Assembly (NCBI GenBank): GCA_963924565.1
Contig: OZ004608.1
Span: 10,044,001-10,108,000, forward strand
Length of the DNA: 64,000 nt
Source: Ascidiella aspersa
Taxonomy: Eukaryota
Direction: 5' to 3'
The notes under the pieces are model-generated. The model saw only the letters and a list, made by a program, of their open reading frames with translations, did no database searches and had not been told where the DNA came from. Within the stretch, counting starts at the first letter, position 1. Each line of letters begins with the position of its first letter. Shown here piece after piece: positions 1-15,362 of the stretch. The position numbers and the translations under genes were made by a program.

Positions 1-3000
1 AGTAGGGGATGGTACTTTGTATATGTTTTAAAAATGTCATCAAAAATATTCAAATTAGTATAGTTGTCTAACATTTTACATCAACCCCCGGATTAGGAAG
101 TTCGTCTAATTCAGGGGGTAGCCAGCACATCGATCGCCAAATTTCACCTGGTCGATCGCGTCGAATATGTGTTACGTCATTACAGTAGCTGTCGCACACA
201 AGCGTAGCATTAAAACAACCAATTGTTGTCAGGACAAGCCTAATAAAGCGTTTTTTTATGTAACAAATTGCGGTAACCTCCATCGCTGGCTTGCAATGCA
301 ATTAACGCTCAAAATGTTGAATAAGTGTTCTTGTAACTTTGTTACTGTACCAGTCGATCGCAATCAAGCATAAGTTGGTTAAACCTCTAATTGACTCCAG
401 TTCAAGTCCAGTCATTTACGACTTGAGCGTTCGAGCCGGCGGTGGTCGACCTTCGTCGTCGAATATATCGCGCGCTCGCTGAAATCTAAATATACACCGA
501 CCGCGTTATTTTTGCGCGCAACTTACCCACTTGCCGTGATCGCACTTGTCGCAAGCTGTCAGTTCTTCGCGCCATTCACGCCCCTGGCAAGCATTTTGAG
601 GCGAAGTTTCCGTCGAGCAGTTGTCATTGCGCTGCCAGTCGCACTTCTGATTTGTCCCGCATGCGCTCCAGGACAACCAGTTCTGCGTCTGCAACAACAA
701 ACAACAGTCTGATGTCATTTTGTATGACAGCTGTAATGCCAGGAGTTTGGCATAGGTGACTTGAAAATCGTTTCTAAATGAAAATGATGCTCTTACACTG
801 AGGCTCTGCGCTTTTGTTCGCACATTTTTGCGAATGGAAACGACGTCCATGTAATTTCATCACGACAAACCGACTCGAAAATCGTTTGTCTAACTTTAAA
901 TTTCTATGCAGCATGTCTCTTGACTTTGTTGAAAAATAATAAAGATATATTCGAAACGTTCAAAATTCTATCTACTTCTTTATGGGCTTTGATCTTCATA
1001 CTACATCTTACTACAGCCTCCAACCTTTATGCTCTAAAGTACGTATCTTGGTGCAGTTCAAATAAAGAAAAGATTTTGTCAAGTAGCCTTAAAACCCTAC
1101 CCCCGCCCCGCTTGGCTATGTGTAATATTTCGCGGGAAATAAATAGGTTGTACCGATGTGTTAATAGTTTTTCGCAAGTTTTACCGTTCTGTTGTTTTCG
1201 CAGGTGGCTATTTTTTAATATTTCCGTTTTAGCCCTTTTCATTGTGAAGTATTACGATCAGCCTGTTATAACTTATTTAACAAGATGTTGGTTTTATAAT
1301 AGAAAGTAGACCTAGCCTAAACCAATCTACGAACGATGTCAAACCCAACAACAATATATACTTTTTTATCCCTAACCAAAGAACACTTGTACAATCTAAG
1401 TTAAGGTCGAAAAAAGTTAAAAATTCTGACAGATTCACAGACTTTATTTTTCAATGGAATTTCCTTCCGGAAAGTATCAACTCAACGTATACCAAAAATC
1501 AATTCTAAACGGCCAAACGTATAATTCAATGGGAAATAACCCACCTGACCGCGCGAACCTCGTATTCCAATTCCAAAGGCAACGAAGATAATAATTTCCA
1601 GAAGCATTAGCTTAAACTTCCACATGATTCTCTCTGCCCTCTTAACGAATCTGAAAAATCTCGGCACCTGTCTATCTCCTACTATAGTTTGTGTATCCGC
1701 TACAGCTGTAATCGTTGTTATGCTGGTATGGTGCGCCGCAGTCGGGCCCCGTCTTCTTTTGTTGACAGCAGCGCGTCCCGCGTGATGTCACAGTTTGCGT
1801 GACATCACGGCGGATGTGGTGAATTTCCGGCGTTCACGTAAGCCGCTGCTAGCTTGCTTGCTGGCTGTCCGCTTTAACACGCTGTGATTTGGTGCGTTGT
1901 GTCGCAAAGGCAATAAGCTTGTGATGTCACGGGGTTGTTGCTTTTTTTGCGTGACTTGCGTGATTTGTGATAACGTGTCTTGCGCAAGACCAAGAGTAAT
2001 CACTACGATGAGGTTTATGAACAAGTCAAAAACTGGTGGAAAAGTAGCAAAATTTTCTAAAATTTGTTATTATTTCACTCCTTGAATTGGACTGTCCATA
2101 TATCCATACAATTGAAATGATTGCTCTGATTGACCAAGAAATAAATAACTATCGATATATTTTATTACGCAATTTTTTTTATAAATAAATTTTAAAACCC
2201 TGTTGAACCTATAGGTAAAGGCAAACCCAGGCTGTCACTAAAACTCAGCACTATTGTCAGAACCTCCGGATATTCCTGTGATAGTGTTACGTCACAACGA
2301 ACCAACCGACAATGGTGTTTTGATTTAACCTGAATTGGCGTGTTGCGTCATAGTGTATTTTTGTGGCTTCGTGGCCATCCGTTGTAATTAAAAAAATGCA
2401 ATCAACAGTTATTTGGCTGACCACAATCTTTACACACTTTTCAGAGTAGACTTTTCGATCGTAATATAGATAAAGTTAAATATAAAGTTACTCCCGGAAA
2501 TACCGAATACATGGCGACTGATCGTGATTGATATACTCCACTGTCCCGTGGTACTCGTGTTTCCTCTTTTGTTTTGCAATTTTGTTGCGTATAAATGGTG
2601 AAACCTGGACTAAATACGGTCCGCGGCCGCCGGCCCTATATGTTTTCCAGCTTGATGTTGAAGTACAATATTGATTAAATTATGTTTGCAAATCAGTCTT
2701 ACCTTTTGCCGAATTTTACCAGCTTGCCAAAGCAATGCTATGTATTGTCATAAACGATTATTTTTTTACTTTGTTGGTTAGGAAAAAATTCACGACTACT
2801 AACCAACAAGAAGCATACCAATGAAACAGACATTAAAACGTTGATTGTAGCACGCGTCTTCGTATTTCAACTTCGTTATTTTATAACGGGGTCCGTGACC
2901 GGCACTGAGCTGAAAGCAGCAAAGCTAAGTTAATTTCCACCAATCCAAATACGTTCGCAAGGTACTCATTACCTCTTAACCCTAATTGCCACGCAAACGT

Positions 3001-3695
3001 GATGGCCGTCAGCCACTTAGTCCCGTTTAACAATGAAAAACGTTTATCTGCGCCTTACCGCCTTATTTAACACACTAAACAATAACCGCTGCTAAAGTAT
3101 AGCTTTGACCAACTTATTCTCTGTGTCACTTACCTGAAATAGCAAGGTGACATCTCCTTAATAGGCATTGTTAAGCATTCGGAATTTCCATACTATTTTC
3201 TTGCTCTGGCAGTTACTTCTACTGTCAAACTAATACACATAAGATGGCACTCACTTCCAACTTGGCGAATCTCAGAGTTCCCAACTTTAAGGTTTACGAC
3301 ACACTTACTAACATTGTTCACTGCAATGTCACAAAAAATTAAAACTGAACAAATTAACTGTGCACAATGTAGAAAAACGTTCTTTATTTGTTCCACTCCA
3401 ATCGTACACAAAAAATGTGTTAAGAAACTTAGCAATAGAGCAAAACGTTGAATCCAAAAGAAGTCGAAATACTGCACGGCACCCAAGTTGAGAGCCTCTG
3501 ACGTAGCTATGTGCGCCCAGCAACTGCCTTGTTTCAGGGTTTTTGGGGCCATGAAAATTGTAAAATTGGAAAGAAAAACGTTATTTTTACCCCAAGATTC
3601 GTTTGACGCTTGACTTGACCGCTTAAAAAAATAACTCAGATATACTTTAACATTTGCGAGTTTTGATCTGATTTGAAAACTTTTTCGTGTTTCAG

Positions 3696-6695
3696 TTCAC
3701 GTCTTCACTCCGGGCGTAAAGCTTCCTCTGTGCTCGTGCGACCTCCAGTGGAAAGTGTCGACGGCTTGCTTCGTTCCATCCAGAAGCGGGCAGTTGGCCT
3801 GGTGCCAGAACTCTGAGCTTTACTTGGTGTCCAATAAAATGGTAAGAAGGCGACTGAAAAACGATTGACAGCCTCAACAATTGGGCAGTCTTGACACCAG
3901 GCTACTTAATGAATATGCTATTATTGGAGATGATACTAAGCCGCAATCAGCAACGATAAAAAGATCGTGTATATATATATCAAAAACCGCGCTGGTCAAT
4001 TAAAAAGCATTTATCTATATTCTATATATCAGGGGTGGGCAACTTACGGCCCGCGGGCCAGATCCGGCCCGCCAACACATATAATCCGGCCCGCGACCTA
4101 TTTTACAAACTGGGCACGAGGTCATTCTTCATATTTTTTGGCTATTTCAACTGCGTAAAAGTATTTTTTTACGCTTTGCGTTAATCTTGTTCCTCTATCG
4201 GATGTAAATTGCAAACTACCCTAGTTTTATCCATGATTAACTGTCGTTGCGCTGATGATAAGATGCGTAAAGTATACACAGCTAACATATAACGACCCGC
4301 GGAGACGTTTTTTAGATTGGTTTTGGCCCGCGCCTAGAAAAAGTTGCCCACCCCTGTTCTATATTAAGATATAAACATGTTGACTAAATTTCATTAAATA
4401 AACAGACTCTTGTTTAAATATGTATTCCTTTTTGTTTAACCGCAGTCTGCTTTTGCCAAAAACAGTAACACATGAACACGATACAATCAGTGTCAAAGAA
4501 TTGGTTCGAACGTAGGATTTTTGTTTGGCGAGGGCATGATTTTTTTCAGAGATGACGTCCTAACGTGACGTCACAAAGTCGCATATAAACGTGACTTTAT
4601 AAAGAAGTAACCTTTAGAACACCACACAGGACGGTTGTTTTGTAAAGTTTTACGTTGGAAAGGTGTTACTTTCAATACAAAATCTATATTCCAAAGTTGT
4701 ATCGTTTATTTCTTCTTGTTTATTTCTTCTGGATCCCTCCTGTATAGTGCTGTACCGTATTTTAATGCCATCAGATTAAAACACATTGTACTCGAGTGCT
4801 TATGACACACCGCCTGGTGTTAACAATGAACGCACATGTTTGAGTTGTTTTGCCAGAAGTTGTCTGTGTTGCTTCTCTGTCTGTTGTAGAACTGACATTT
4901 GCATGCGACTGTGTGGTCAGCGTGTAACAAATCTACACCCAGTCAAAAGCGGCCGATTGCATAAAACATAAAGCTGCCTATTTTTGATCGCAGACCGTTC
5001 ACAAGTTGGCTTCCGCCAGCGAAAAATTATCGTACCCGGGAGAGATTGGCATCGAGCAGGCAGAAAAACGCAACCCGATGTCCAGCATTCTTTCCTCCAC
5101 CGCAGCATCTGTCGATCAAAGCGACGCATCGCATTTGTCCGTTCGGCCCAAGATCAAGCAGGTTCGACTCCCCTTTACGGGTTTTGATGATTACAGAAAA
5201 TAATCGGTAATAAGAATATAAAAGCCCACACAGAAGTATAGGTAGAGATATACTTTGTTTTTGGCAGTTGTATATTACTTTTCTTTGTAAGTCCCACTTA
5301 GAATGAATACGTCCAAACAAGGGTCCTGCATGCGTAAACCAACATAGTTTATCAATAAACGTTTCAAATTATGGCCTCTATTTTATACGATTGACATTCG
5401 CTGCTCAATAATATGCGCTATTTATGCTGCTCAAATATATTTACCATTTATTTACATAAAGCTAGCAAGAACTCTGTTATAGACCTATGGCTAGAGAAGA
5501 TAGAGCTTATAAAGAATGATCGTTTGCGTTAGTGTTGTTTAACGTTCATAAACTTAAAGTACTTTTGGACGCCATTTGACGAATCTGGATACATTATGTA
5601 TTACAGAAAGCTCTGTCGTACATCCTAAACACACCGTCGCACGTTTTGCCGCCGATGAAATCGCTTTGCGACCAGTTCATTTCAACCTTACTCCTAAACG
5701 GAACTGAAAAAGTGGAAAACAACGACTTACTGGAAGGGTATGTATTGAAACGTCATTTTACTGCCGGGGTTTCTTAAATTTGCTTTAACGTTGACCCTTA
5801 AAAAAAATTTGGTTCGCGTGGACCAGAGTCGGCATGAAAATTTAGAGCTGGCGTCGTAAAACAATGGATAGACCAAAGATACCGGCTTTTTGGATCCAAG
5901 AATGTAAAACTGAAATATACTATAAATATATTTATTGAGAAGGCGCGAAAGCGATGTTCAATTAAACTCGTTTCTAAACAATTTCCTATTTAATTTAAAT
6001 GCACTAAGACTAGGCCTTCTGATTTCTTGTTGTGTGCCGACAGTATTTTGGACGAGATATAGGCCTACAATCGCAATATATGTACATTGTACAAAGTGAA
6101 TCATCCAGGCTTTATTTGGTATCAGTATATGAATCATGTGCATATGCCAATTGATCATGAAATGGTATACCGGGCGTTCTGATTACAAGACAAGGTTAGG
6201 TGGGGATATTTTAAAAGCATTTTAAAATTTGTCCGGCATTAAGTTACCTAGAATTTATCAAAGGATTGCAGAATTATTGAATACAAGTAAAAATCACATA
6301 ACATTAAAACATTAACACATTTAAAATTCCAACTATTAACCGTTTTTTAAATAGGTTTACCATACCATTTTTTTTACTTTCCAAATTATCAATATACGTT
6401 TAAATTTTCTCGGTTATAATATATAATTTTCGAAAATTTTGTAAACAAAAAAAAAAGAAAAAAAGACTCCCTTGTCAGTACAAAACTGTTCAACTTGTTT
6501 TCTGTTTTGTGGTGCTTCAAACGATTACATATTTTTTTTAGTGAAAAAATAACCGACGAAAGCGAGCCAATGCAAACAGAAATCGCCGTTGAAGAAACGG
6601 AAAAAGCGCAACTTGAAGAATTGCCCGGCCAGGACATCTCACCCAAAGATTTTGACTTTCTCTTGCCTTATATTAATGAAACGTTTGTCAACTAA
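3696..6695 (+). CDS. WDR75: WD repeat-containing protein 75 (UTP17), 3' exons only: 3696-3841, 4994-5161, 5607-5737, 6542-6695 (stop); upstream exons not resolved
   Basis: The four AG/GT-bounded exons join in compatible phases (0,0,2). Exon 5607-5737 reads KALSYILNTPSHVLPPMKSLCDQFISTLLL, recalled as matching the conserved WDR75 C-terminal motif (TPAHVLPS..LC..F..SLL), followed by an acidic tail. Confidence 0.75.
4030..4356. mobile_element. Non-autonomous hAT (Charlie-like) MITE
   Basis: Terminal inverted repeats CAGGGGTGGGCAACTT ... AAGTTGCCCACCCCTG, subterminal GGCCCGCGGGCC motifs, and TTCTATAT on both flanks (left copy offset by an extra AT). Confidence 0.8.
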
Positions 6696-7970
6696 TATGG
6701 CGAAATAAAACTGCACAGTTTAATAGTCATTTAATATGTGGGTCATACTCTTATAAGTCGTTCCCGACCAGGTTTTGAACTAAATGTCTAAGTTGCCCGT
6801 ACAGTTTGCATGATTAATAAGAAAAATATACAGGCTTTTAAAAAACTTTTAAAAATTTTAAGAGAAAAATAAGGACGCAGTTTTTATTTATACCGCTTAC
6901 GTTATGATAATGCTTTTGTGTAGCAGTGGTTTTAAGCTATTTACAAAACATCCTAGAGTACTTATCAGATAGTACCCCTATGCTGCGTAGGCCTATTTAA
7001 TAAAAATTTACAATTTCCAAGAGAAATAATTATGTAGCCAAAAACTTTAGCGGCCGCTTTGCTCGCCAAGTACGCCACCACGTTTTACAACAGGTGCGCC
7101 CTGAAGTAAACAAGGTTAAAAACACGGACATAGAGTACGAGCGGGGGTATGTTGCCATGACCCTCCCAAACTGCATTTTTTGCTGATGTTAACTACGCTA
7201 ATCCAAACGAATCTAAGTTATGTTCAGAAATGTTTTATTATATTTTGACTAAATCGCTTTAGCTCAATGGAATTGTGCATCCCATCGCATCCTCTAAAAT
7301 GAAAGTTTGGGCAACTTAAAGCTGTTTTTTCGCTTTGCGCGGATCGATAACATCTTTTTCATGTAGGGCTTTGTAGGCTATTGAAATTAACACCTCTCCA
7401 AATCTTAAACTTTAACAAAATAAATGAATATTTTGGTGTTCTTCAGGTTACTATTTATGATGTCACTTTTAGATGTAAGTTGCCACGTCACATTTGACGT
7501 AATTTTGTGACTTTGCGTTGTGACGTCATTCCTGAAAAAAATGTCATGACACCCCCAAACGAAAATCCTAGATCCGCCATCCGTGCCTGAATCCCATTTT
7601 AAAAAATTTAACGGCGACGAACGGTATTACAACCACTGTTCTGCTACGTGTAAACTTTTAAATCAGATTTTTTTCGTTTATTTAAATATACCATAATATA
7701 TTGTGATTGGCTTAAAAATTGAAAATGAAAGATGTGAAGAAATCTATTATTTTACTGTCACACTCCGCAGGTTTTGTCTTGTGATCCGTAACTTTAAAAA
7801 CATTACCAGCTGTTGACTCAAAACTAAACAAAAAATCCTACTAGAATGACAATAGTAGTACGTTAGGTCGTTAGTTACTTGTGGCCGAGTGTTTTAAATT
7901 AGGTTTTGATTGTAGAATGAAACATTAGCCGTAAAATTTGTCAATATCATTTCCTGAAATACCAAAACCA

Positions 7971-10900
7971 ATGTCGTCAACTGATAATCAAGATTCATAT
8001 GAAGACGACGACTTTTGTGACATTGGAGATTTTGCAGCTGGAAATCAAAATAATGTAATATTTCACTATGCGGAGAGTCAGGAATCTCCAACGCATCAAG
8101 TAATATTTTCGGAAGAATCCCTTAAGGAAGACATACAAAAGGTAAATAATGAGGATTTTTACACAACTAAAATTTGCAGAAATTATTGCACCAAAACTAG
8201 GTAACTGGGTTCAAGTTATTTCCCCCAAATTTGTGTTTGTTTCAGGTGTTATTAAATAACATTTTTCAGTTTTAAATAATTAGGGTTTTATCAAAATGCA
8301 CTTAATTCCTTCTTTAATCAGCAGTTTAATCCCTTCTTTATTATTTCATAAAACAGTTTCAATGGTGTTTTTTTAAGTGTTCAACTTGAACTAATATAAA
8401 TTTACTTCTTTTAAAAAGTGTTTAAAATTATAACAGTTTAAAAATTGTTTAAATTTATAAAATTATGCAAGATTAAGTGGTAAAATGTTTCAACTTTTAT
8501 TATTAATTTTTCTAAAGGTTGATCAGCTCAGATCTGATGAAGTTCGTTGGTTTTATTTAAGCAGCAAAACAAAACAATGGAAGGCTTTCCAAGGTTTCGA
8601 CTCACTGCAGATAGAAAAAGAGTGGAGAAAAACATCTACTGACACTGCCCATGAGAAAGTTTGTGTCAGAGGTGGCATGTTTGAGGTTAAAAAAATTAAA
8701 TTTATATTACCTTACTCAGATATGTGTCTATTAGATCACTTGTATATCAATTTTACTCAAGTATAATTAATGTTATCATTTTCAGGTTGATGTTTCTTTA
8801 ATGAAATGCTTTCCTGTATATTGGTCATCAGATGAAACATCTGTCAAAACCCCAAATTACACTGTGGACGTATTGAGAGGCACATGGTTTTTTGAAGTCA
8901 ATTGGCAGCCACTGGACGAAGTTACTGCATCAAGACTGGAAAAGGAGCATTTGGCCAGATGGAGAGGTTACAATGTTGATCATATTAAGGTTTGAGTAAT
9001 ACAACTTCTTTGGTCAGTGGTTCTCAACCTTTTTTCTTTCGTGGCCCATTTTCGTTGCACAAAAATATTGTTTTATAAAACAACAAAAATATTGTTTTAT
9101 AAAATAGGTTAGAACAAAAAACAGCAGAACAAATTCTAAAAAAATATTTATTCAGCTGTCCATCAGTGTGATCCTTGGTGCTGAACCATAAATTTGCATT
9201 CCTTCTCAATTCCTCCCTAAACCATTATTCCTTTAAAATTAAGTATAGTGACACAAATGAAACTAAATTTTTCAATAAATCCAGCTTTTTAAAATGGTCT
9301 GTGGCCCACCTCAAAATGTTTTAATGGCCCACTGGTTAAGAACTGCTGGGCTAAATACAGTAGTATTTCGATTGTGTTTTTTTGTAGTTGTTTTAAACTT
9401 ACAGTTTGTTGTACTCTTCAAAAGGATTTTAAAATCTGAGTTTTGTTTATAGTATAGTGTTATTTTTAAACACTAATTTTCTAACATAAAATAATGTACC
9501 AAAAAATGCCCCATGGAGTATCACAAACTATTCTAAGGTCATAAAAAAATTACAGTTTGAGTTTAAATAGCAGATAATTGATATTATAATCACTTTAGTT
9601 AAGCAATATTTCGAAAGAAAAACTTGTAACGCTCATAACCCCCTAAAGGCCACCCCTTCGCCTCATAGGGTTGTCGGGTGCTGGTTAAAATATCCTAGTC
9701 TACATTGTGATTTTGTGCAACTAGTCTTTTTTGTTGTCCTTAATCCTTTACTTTATTTTTTTAAGGAATTGATGAACAACAAGGTAATGCACTCTGTCCA
9801 GTTGGATGGCAGTCATGTAGAATGGAACAGTGTTACCGACATCTTGTTTTACAAGGACGCGACTGCACACAGGGCATTGAGAAACATTGTGCAGAAATTT
9901 GGTGTCTCTAAGGTCAGTACCGATTGGCGGGACAGTAGCATTTCATGTATTATATGAACGTAGCTGGCCTTTTTTTAAAAGAACACTTAAAAATTCCATA
10001 TATGTAACAATCAATGGTCTTTTATGAAGCAAACAAAAGTTGCAGTTTATGCACTTACATTCAACCTAATAAAATTATACTATAATAAATGCTTGAACAA
10101 ATGTATGCAAGTAAGCAATAATTTGTCTTAAATAAAAGGATGTGTGACATAAACTAACAGTTTTTTTGTTTAACTGTTAAAATTTATCAGCTCCTTACAC
10201 AGGAAAACTCTCAGTCGTGTTTATTAAAACATGGCAGTAGTATTATTGTTCCTACTTTTAGGCTCAGACAAGGTGACAGCCAACTAAAACATTTTTTTAT
10301 CATTTTGTTATAATTATTTATTTCTTACTTGCAGGCAACCAGTAGTGGATACCGCTTGCAACGTGGTTATAAAGAAGATGCCATGATTGAAGATATTTTT
10401 CCTCCTATTGACAATATTGTTTTTGTTATTCATGGAGTTGGTGCCAAATCGGACAGGTATTGTTTCCTCATGCCAAACACAAACTCTAGTTATAGAAATG
10501 AAATGCAGATTGTAAGTTGTTGGGGTAAATATTATTTTGCTGAAACTTAATTTGTGCCTTGAAAGCTTAAAATGAAATTTAAAGGGCATCCATGTAAAAT
10601 CAATGTTTAGAAATTATGTACAGTTGTACTTTATGCACTATAGATTTCTATCATAACAGGAAATCTTCATAAGTCGTGCAATAGAGAACCAGAAGTTTAG
10701 GATTTAGTATCTTAAAAAACTTTCACTTTTTTTTTGTACCGTTGAGTAAAAGTTTCAAGGAATTTTTTAATGGCTTTAAGATTTTGTAGCATAAACGTTT
10801 AATACATATATATATATTTTTCTCAACTGTACACTAATCAATGCACTTTGTCAACGGAGTTTTTGTACAATCTACAGGTGTAAGATTGTTCGTAACACCG

Positions 10901-13900
10901 GAAGCTTTCGATCTGCATGCCACCAGTTGGAACACAAGCATTTCAGTGGAAGAACCGAGTTCATTCCAGTTGAATGGAGATCTGAACTTAAACTTGATGG
11001 CGATATGATGGAGCACATTACCCCTAAGAAGGTGTGTGGACAGAGTATTAACGCTAATTATATAAAAATGTCAATGTATTTCTTCCTTTAATATCAATTT
11101 TGTCAATATATTTAAAAAAACAACAGTATTTTTGCACAAAAACAAAGTTATTTTAGATTTGATTTAATCTTAGTTTGATTGTTGTAGTATTTTTTCTGTT
11201 TGATTTTTGAAAAATTGATGCATAAACTTAGTTCCTCCTATAGTAATGTTGTACCCTGATAATTAATCTCCTCTTCTGGTTTGGCTTCAGAATATTTATT
11301 ACTTCTACCTGGAATTTTCTTTTCATTTAAGTTTTATGACTGCTTCAGTTTGTCACAATAAGAGTTGAGTAATTGCTTTCGGTGTCATGCTTTCAGTTCA
11401 AATAATTAATCTGCCGACCTCTCTCTATACTGTCCTAATATGCCTTTAATTGTTTTATGGTACAAGAAGTCAAATCCTTATTAAAAGTTGCAATTTCATT
11501 GTAGGGTCAAGGAATGAGAAAGTTTGTGAATAACACAGCCATGGACATTTTGTACTACACTAGTCCTTTATTTCGTACGGAAATCATTAACGGTCTTCGG
11601 TCCAGACTGAACAAGCTCTTTGCCATGTTTTCTTGCCGCAACAAATCCTTTAATGGAAAGGTAGGATGTGGGTAAAGGTGGGATATTTATAATGTGAATA
11701 TCCTGGAATTAACATTGACTAAATTTGCCTTAATAACATAATGTATCTCATTTAATAGCTTTTGGGATACCTCTTGTACAGCCAGAATAGACATGTTAGA
11801 AAACTAACTCTAAAATACTAAATAGGAAAGGTAATCCGTTTAAAATAACGATTAACTATTTTGCTGCACAGTTAATGTCAGTTTCTTATATAAGCAGAAT
11901 CTAACATAATTTATCCTGCTTTTGCTTCTTTTAATAAATATGCACTAGTTAAAACGACTTGATTTTTTGTTGCAGATTGTCGTTTTTGCCCATTCTTTGG
12001 GTTCGGTTTTGTTTTTTGATATCCTCACTAACTATGTACCATCCGGACATGAAGCGCTTCCCTCCTCGAATGATACGGTAAATACTAGGTGTATGCGTTA
12101 AAAAAATATTTAGGATATCAGTTTTATTGAAAATATATTTACTTACCTGATAAAAAAAAAATTACCAAAATTTAAAAAACTCTTCTCATACAGGGGTTTG
12201 TGCACAACAAATAAAAAAAATAGAAAATATATATTTTTTCGTTTGTTAAAAAGTATGTATTTCAATTAAACATTGTTTTTAAAGTGTCAATAACATACAC
12301 AAGAGATGCTTAGGTTCGTGGTCAAAACCGGTGACTAAATATTTTTGTTGCTGTGACCCGGTTCTGTTTTCAAACTTGATCGATTCTTTGCAGCATCCAG
12401 TCAAGCCCAAGCTTGTTTTCAAGCCGGACATGCTATTTTGCGTCGGCTCGCCGCTCGGAATGTTTCTCTGCCTGCGAGGGTTTCGACCTGGAGTCTTTTC
12501 GGACGACGATCGAAAATACATCGTGCCCGCCTCGGTTTGCAGGTTAACAAAACAAAATTTCCGAGAAATTGTTTTTGTGCTTCCGTAAAGAAGCGTTGTA
12601 CGAACGTCACTTTTTTTCTCGATTTTTTTGATTTGGTAGAAGTCCGTTAAGTGCGGTAAAAATGTAAGTTTTGATTTTGTGTGCTTAACAAACTCGAGAT
12701 TATTTGATTATCGCGTTGCTTTAATTGCTACTTTTGATCAGGTTTTTAATAATACGAAAGTAAGTATTTTATCAAAATTTTAAGTTTTTATACATTTTTA
12801 CTGCTTTAACGGTGTTGGCATTGAATTAAAATTTTCACTTGCCCGGGACAAAATATTACTCGCCAAAAAAATGTCACCACGCCGTCTTCGAATTTTCGTC
12901 CTTCGTGATCTTCACTATTTATTTAATCTGTATTTGTATTTCAATTGATTGACATAGTTCTCGCGTGGTCGGCCTTGATTGTTTTTTACACAATTCAAGA
13001 CTCGTGCGTAGGACTTATATGTTTTTGTATAGTTTGCAAGCTTGTATCGTTCGCGATTTACGCGATAATTAGCATTCCGTTTTGGGCGTTTAGCATAACT
13101 GGCCGCACATCAAGAAACTTAGTCCAGTAGGTCTGAAAACCACAGCAGATTTTCGCTAAGAGGCACTACTATTACGATGACTCAAATCCCAAATTTGGTT
13201 TTACAGAAGGATTTACAACATTTATCACCCCGCCGACCCCGTGGCCTACAGGGTGGAGCCTGTCTTCTGTAAAAGCTACGCCGAAATTTTACCCTTTCAG
13301 GTATTTATGGAAAACGCTAGCGAACTTCATTGCATTTGCTCTATTTAATTATTAAAATATCTTATTTTAGCAAATTTTTAGCATTTTCTGGCACTTGTTT
13401 TTGGTATTGTCTGGCACATACGTGTACCTTGGTCATTTTGTTGTTAACGCCTTGTTTTTATCTAATTCTAAATCCGTCTGGAAATTTAAGTTATTATTTC
13501 CGAGGCTATACTGTGATTTAGCAATATAGAGCCCGTATATGCATAAACGATTTAAGTGTTACGCACTACGAGACGCAACGCCACAATCAAGTTTTGTTAC
13601 TTAGAATTTCATACCGAATGATGTGCATGATTAGCTTAAAAGTATTAGTTTTGGCGACTTGTTGGGATAAACCAATAAGCCTAAATCTATAGAATGTAAA
13701 GGATAATCTAGTTTCAACTGCCTTTAAGGCGCAATGAAAAAAACGGGATAATTCCTTTTAAATAAAAATCACCAAATATTTACTAAAACTGTGCCGTTGT
13801 TCAAAAGATGAATCTTAAAATGCGTTTAAACATGTCATGATGTTATCCTGAACCAGTAGCTCCTCAAACTACAACCCGTGGGATTAATTATTCCATCCTG

Positions 13901-15362
13901 GAAATATTGCCTCAAATTACTAAAAAACGGTTATTAGTAAATTATAGTAAAACTTTTGTTCACAAAAAAAAATATATTTTGTAGACTATATGAAAAACGC
14001 AAATCTAATAGTGAAAAAAATACATTGAGTCGTATCCATGAAGCTTAACGTTTTTGCTAAATATTTTGTTTTCTTTTATATTGATAACAAGAAAAAATTC
14101 GACACAATTTTCAATGGGATCCGCTATCGTCCAATGCCCCCCAAATAAAAAGATAGAACAATTTTTTTTTTAGTTGTGGCATTAAAATCCGTAAATTTTA
14201 ACCCAAGTACCCAACCACTTTCTCACTTACGTCATCACTTACGTCACTGCTTTCTAGATCAGCTCGGTGACCGCCCTCACCAAGGCGCCGCGGCCCGCGT
14301 CACCGTCGCCCACTCGCGCGCCAAAAGTGACGTCACACGGTGAGAATGACGAAACAGTGGTGGATCATCAATCAGACGCGAGCAACCCGAGTTCGCCTGA
14401 AATCCACAGGTCGTCTTCTTACTTGAGGTACCGATGTAATATTGACGTGGTTACTTAAATAAGGGGCGTGGCTGGAACCCAGTGGGGGCGTGGCATCGCG
14501 GCAAATGCTGATGTTAATCGACTACAAAACATCTTACCTTAAACAAGAACATTTTTTAAAAGTTTTACGGGCGAGTTCAGAAAAAAAGGGCAAAACAAAT
14601 TTGGTCAAGCTTGTTAGTTTTTGTTTGGAATACGAGAAAATTGAGTGACTATATCAGGTCACTTTTCAAAAGATTTGTTTCAAGAAAAAAACAACTTTTT
14701 AGTTTTTAGAAAACCTGATAAGACACTCGTTTTTCGTTTTCGGTTTAAAATTACCCCGAATTCCAGGTAAAATACGTTTACCGTTTTGCGAGCTCTTACA
14801 TTTTTTTTTCGTAACGCGTGACAGCATAAAGTTTGTTGAAAAAAATATACAAATATCAATTCTAAATGAAGATTCAAATAAGATCACAAAAAACAACGAC
14901 AAACATTTGTTTTTCAACATTCGTTTAACAGCAATTATGACTCTTTTCGGTTTTAAAAGCAAAAAATTGCCATTCACAAAAAATTACCCGAAAGTGAAAA
15001 AAAACATGACTCTATATTTTTCCAGATCGGTCTCGGACGCTGTAACGGGCAGCGCCGTTCGACTTGGCCGCGGACTCTGGAGCAAAGCTCGTGGAAGCTC
15101 GCCCGAAGCCCCCCAGCCCCCTACCGAGCCCCCCTCATCGTCGTCGGTCACCCCCGAGCGGCGTGACGTCATCGTTGACGTGGAACTGGATGAGCGGATC
15201 GACTACGAGTTGCCGGAGGGTTTTACCGAGAGGAAGCTGGGCTACGCCTCTTTTACGTCACACACCTCCTATTGGACCAATCAGGACCTCGGGATGTTCC
15301 TTCTCACCAAATTGCACGGAGACTTGGACGCCGTCGACAAGAAGGCCGTTGGATCGTCGTAA
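7971..15362 (+). CDS. DDHD1: DDHD1-like phospholipase A1; exons 7971-8141, 8518-8685, 8786-8989, 9766-9912, 10335-10456, 10878-11031, 11505-11660, 11976-12077, 12394-12542, 13207-13300, 14258-14427, 15026-15362
   Basis: Phase-consistent spliced frame containing VRWFY, RGGMFEVD, RGTWF, FVIHGVG, FIPVEWR, DILYYTSP, the lipase motif AHSLG, and the DDHD-domain motifs CVGSPLGMF, NIYHPADPVAYRVEP, RIDY and SHTSYW. Confidence 0.9.
9015..9348. mobile_element. hAT-type MITE in a DDHD1 intron
   Basis: Imperfect TIRs CAGTGGTTCTCAACC ... GGTTAAGAACTGCTG with internal GTGGCCCA motifs. Confidence 0.6.

Noticed and set aside
1-3695. Short ORFs and possible exons (e.g. 1794-1837, about 1990-2060) as upstream WDR75 exons or another gene
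   Set aside because: Could not build a phase-consistent, recognisable protein from them; left unannotated.
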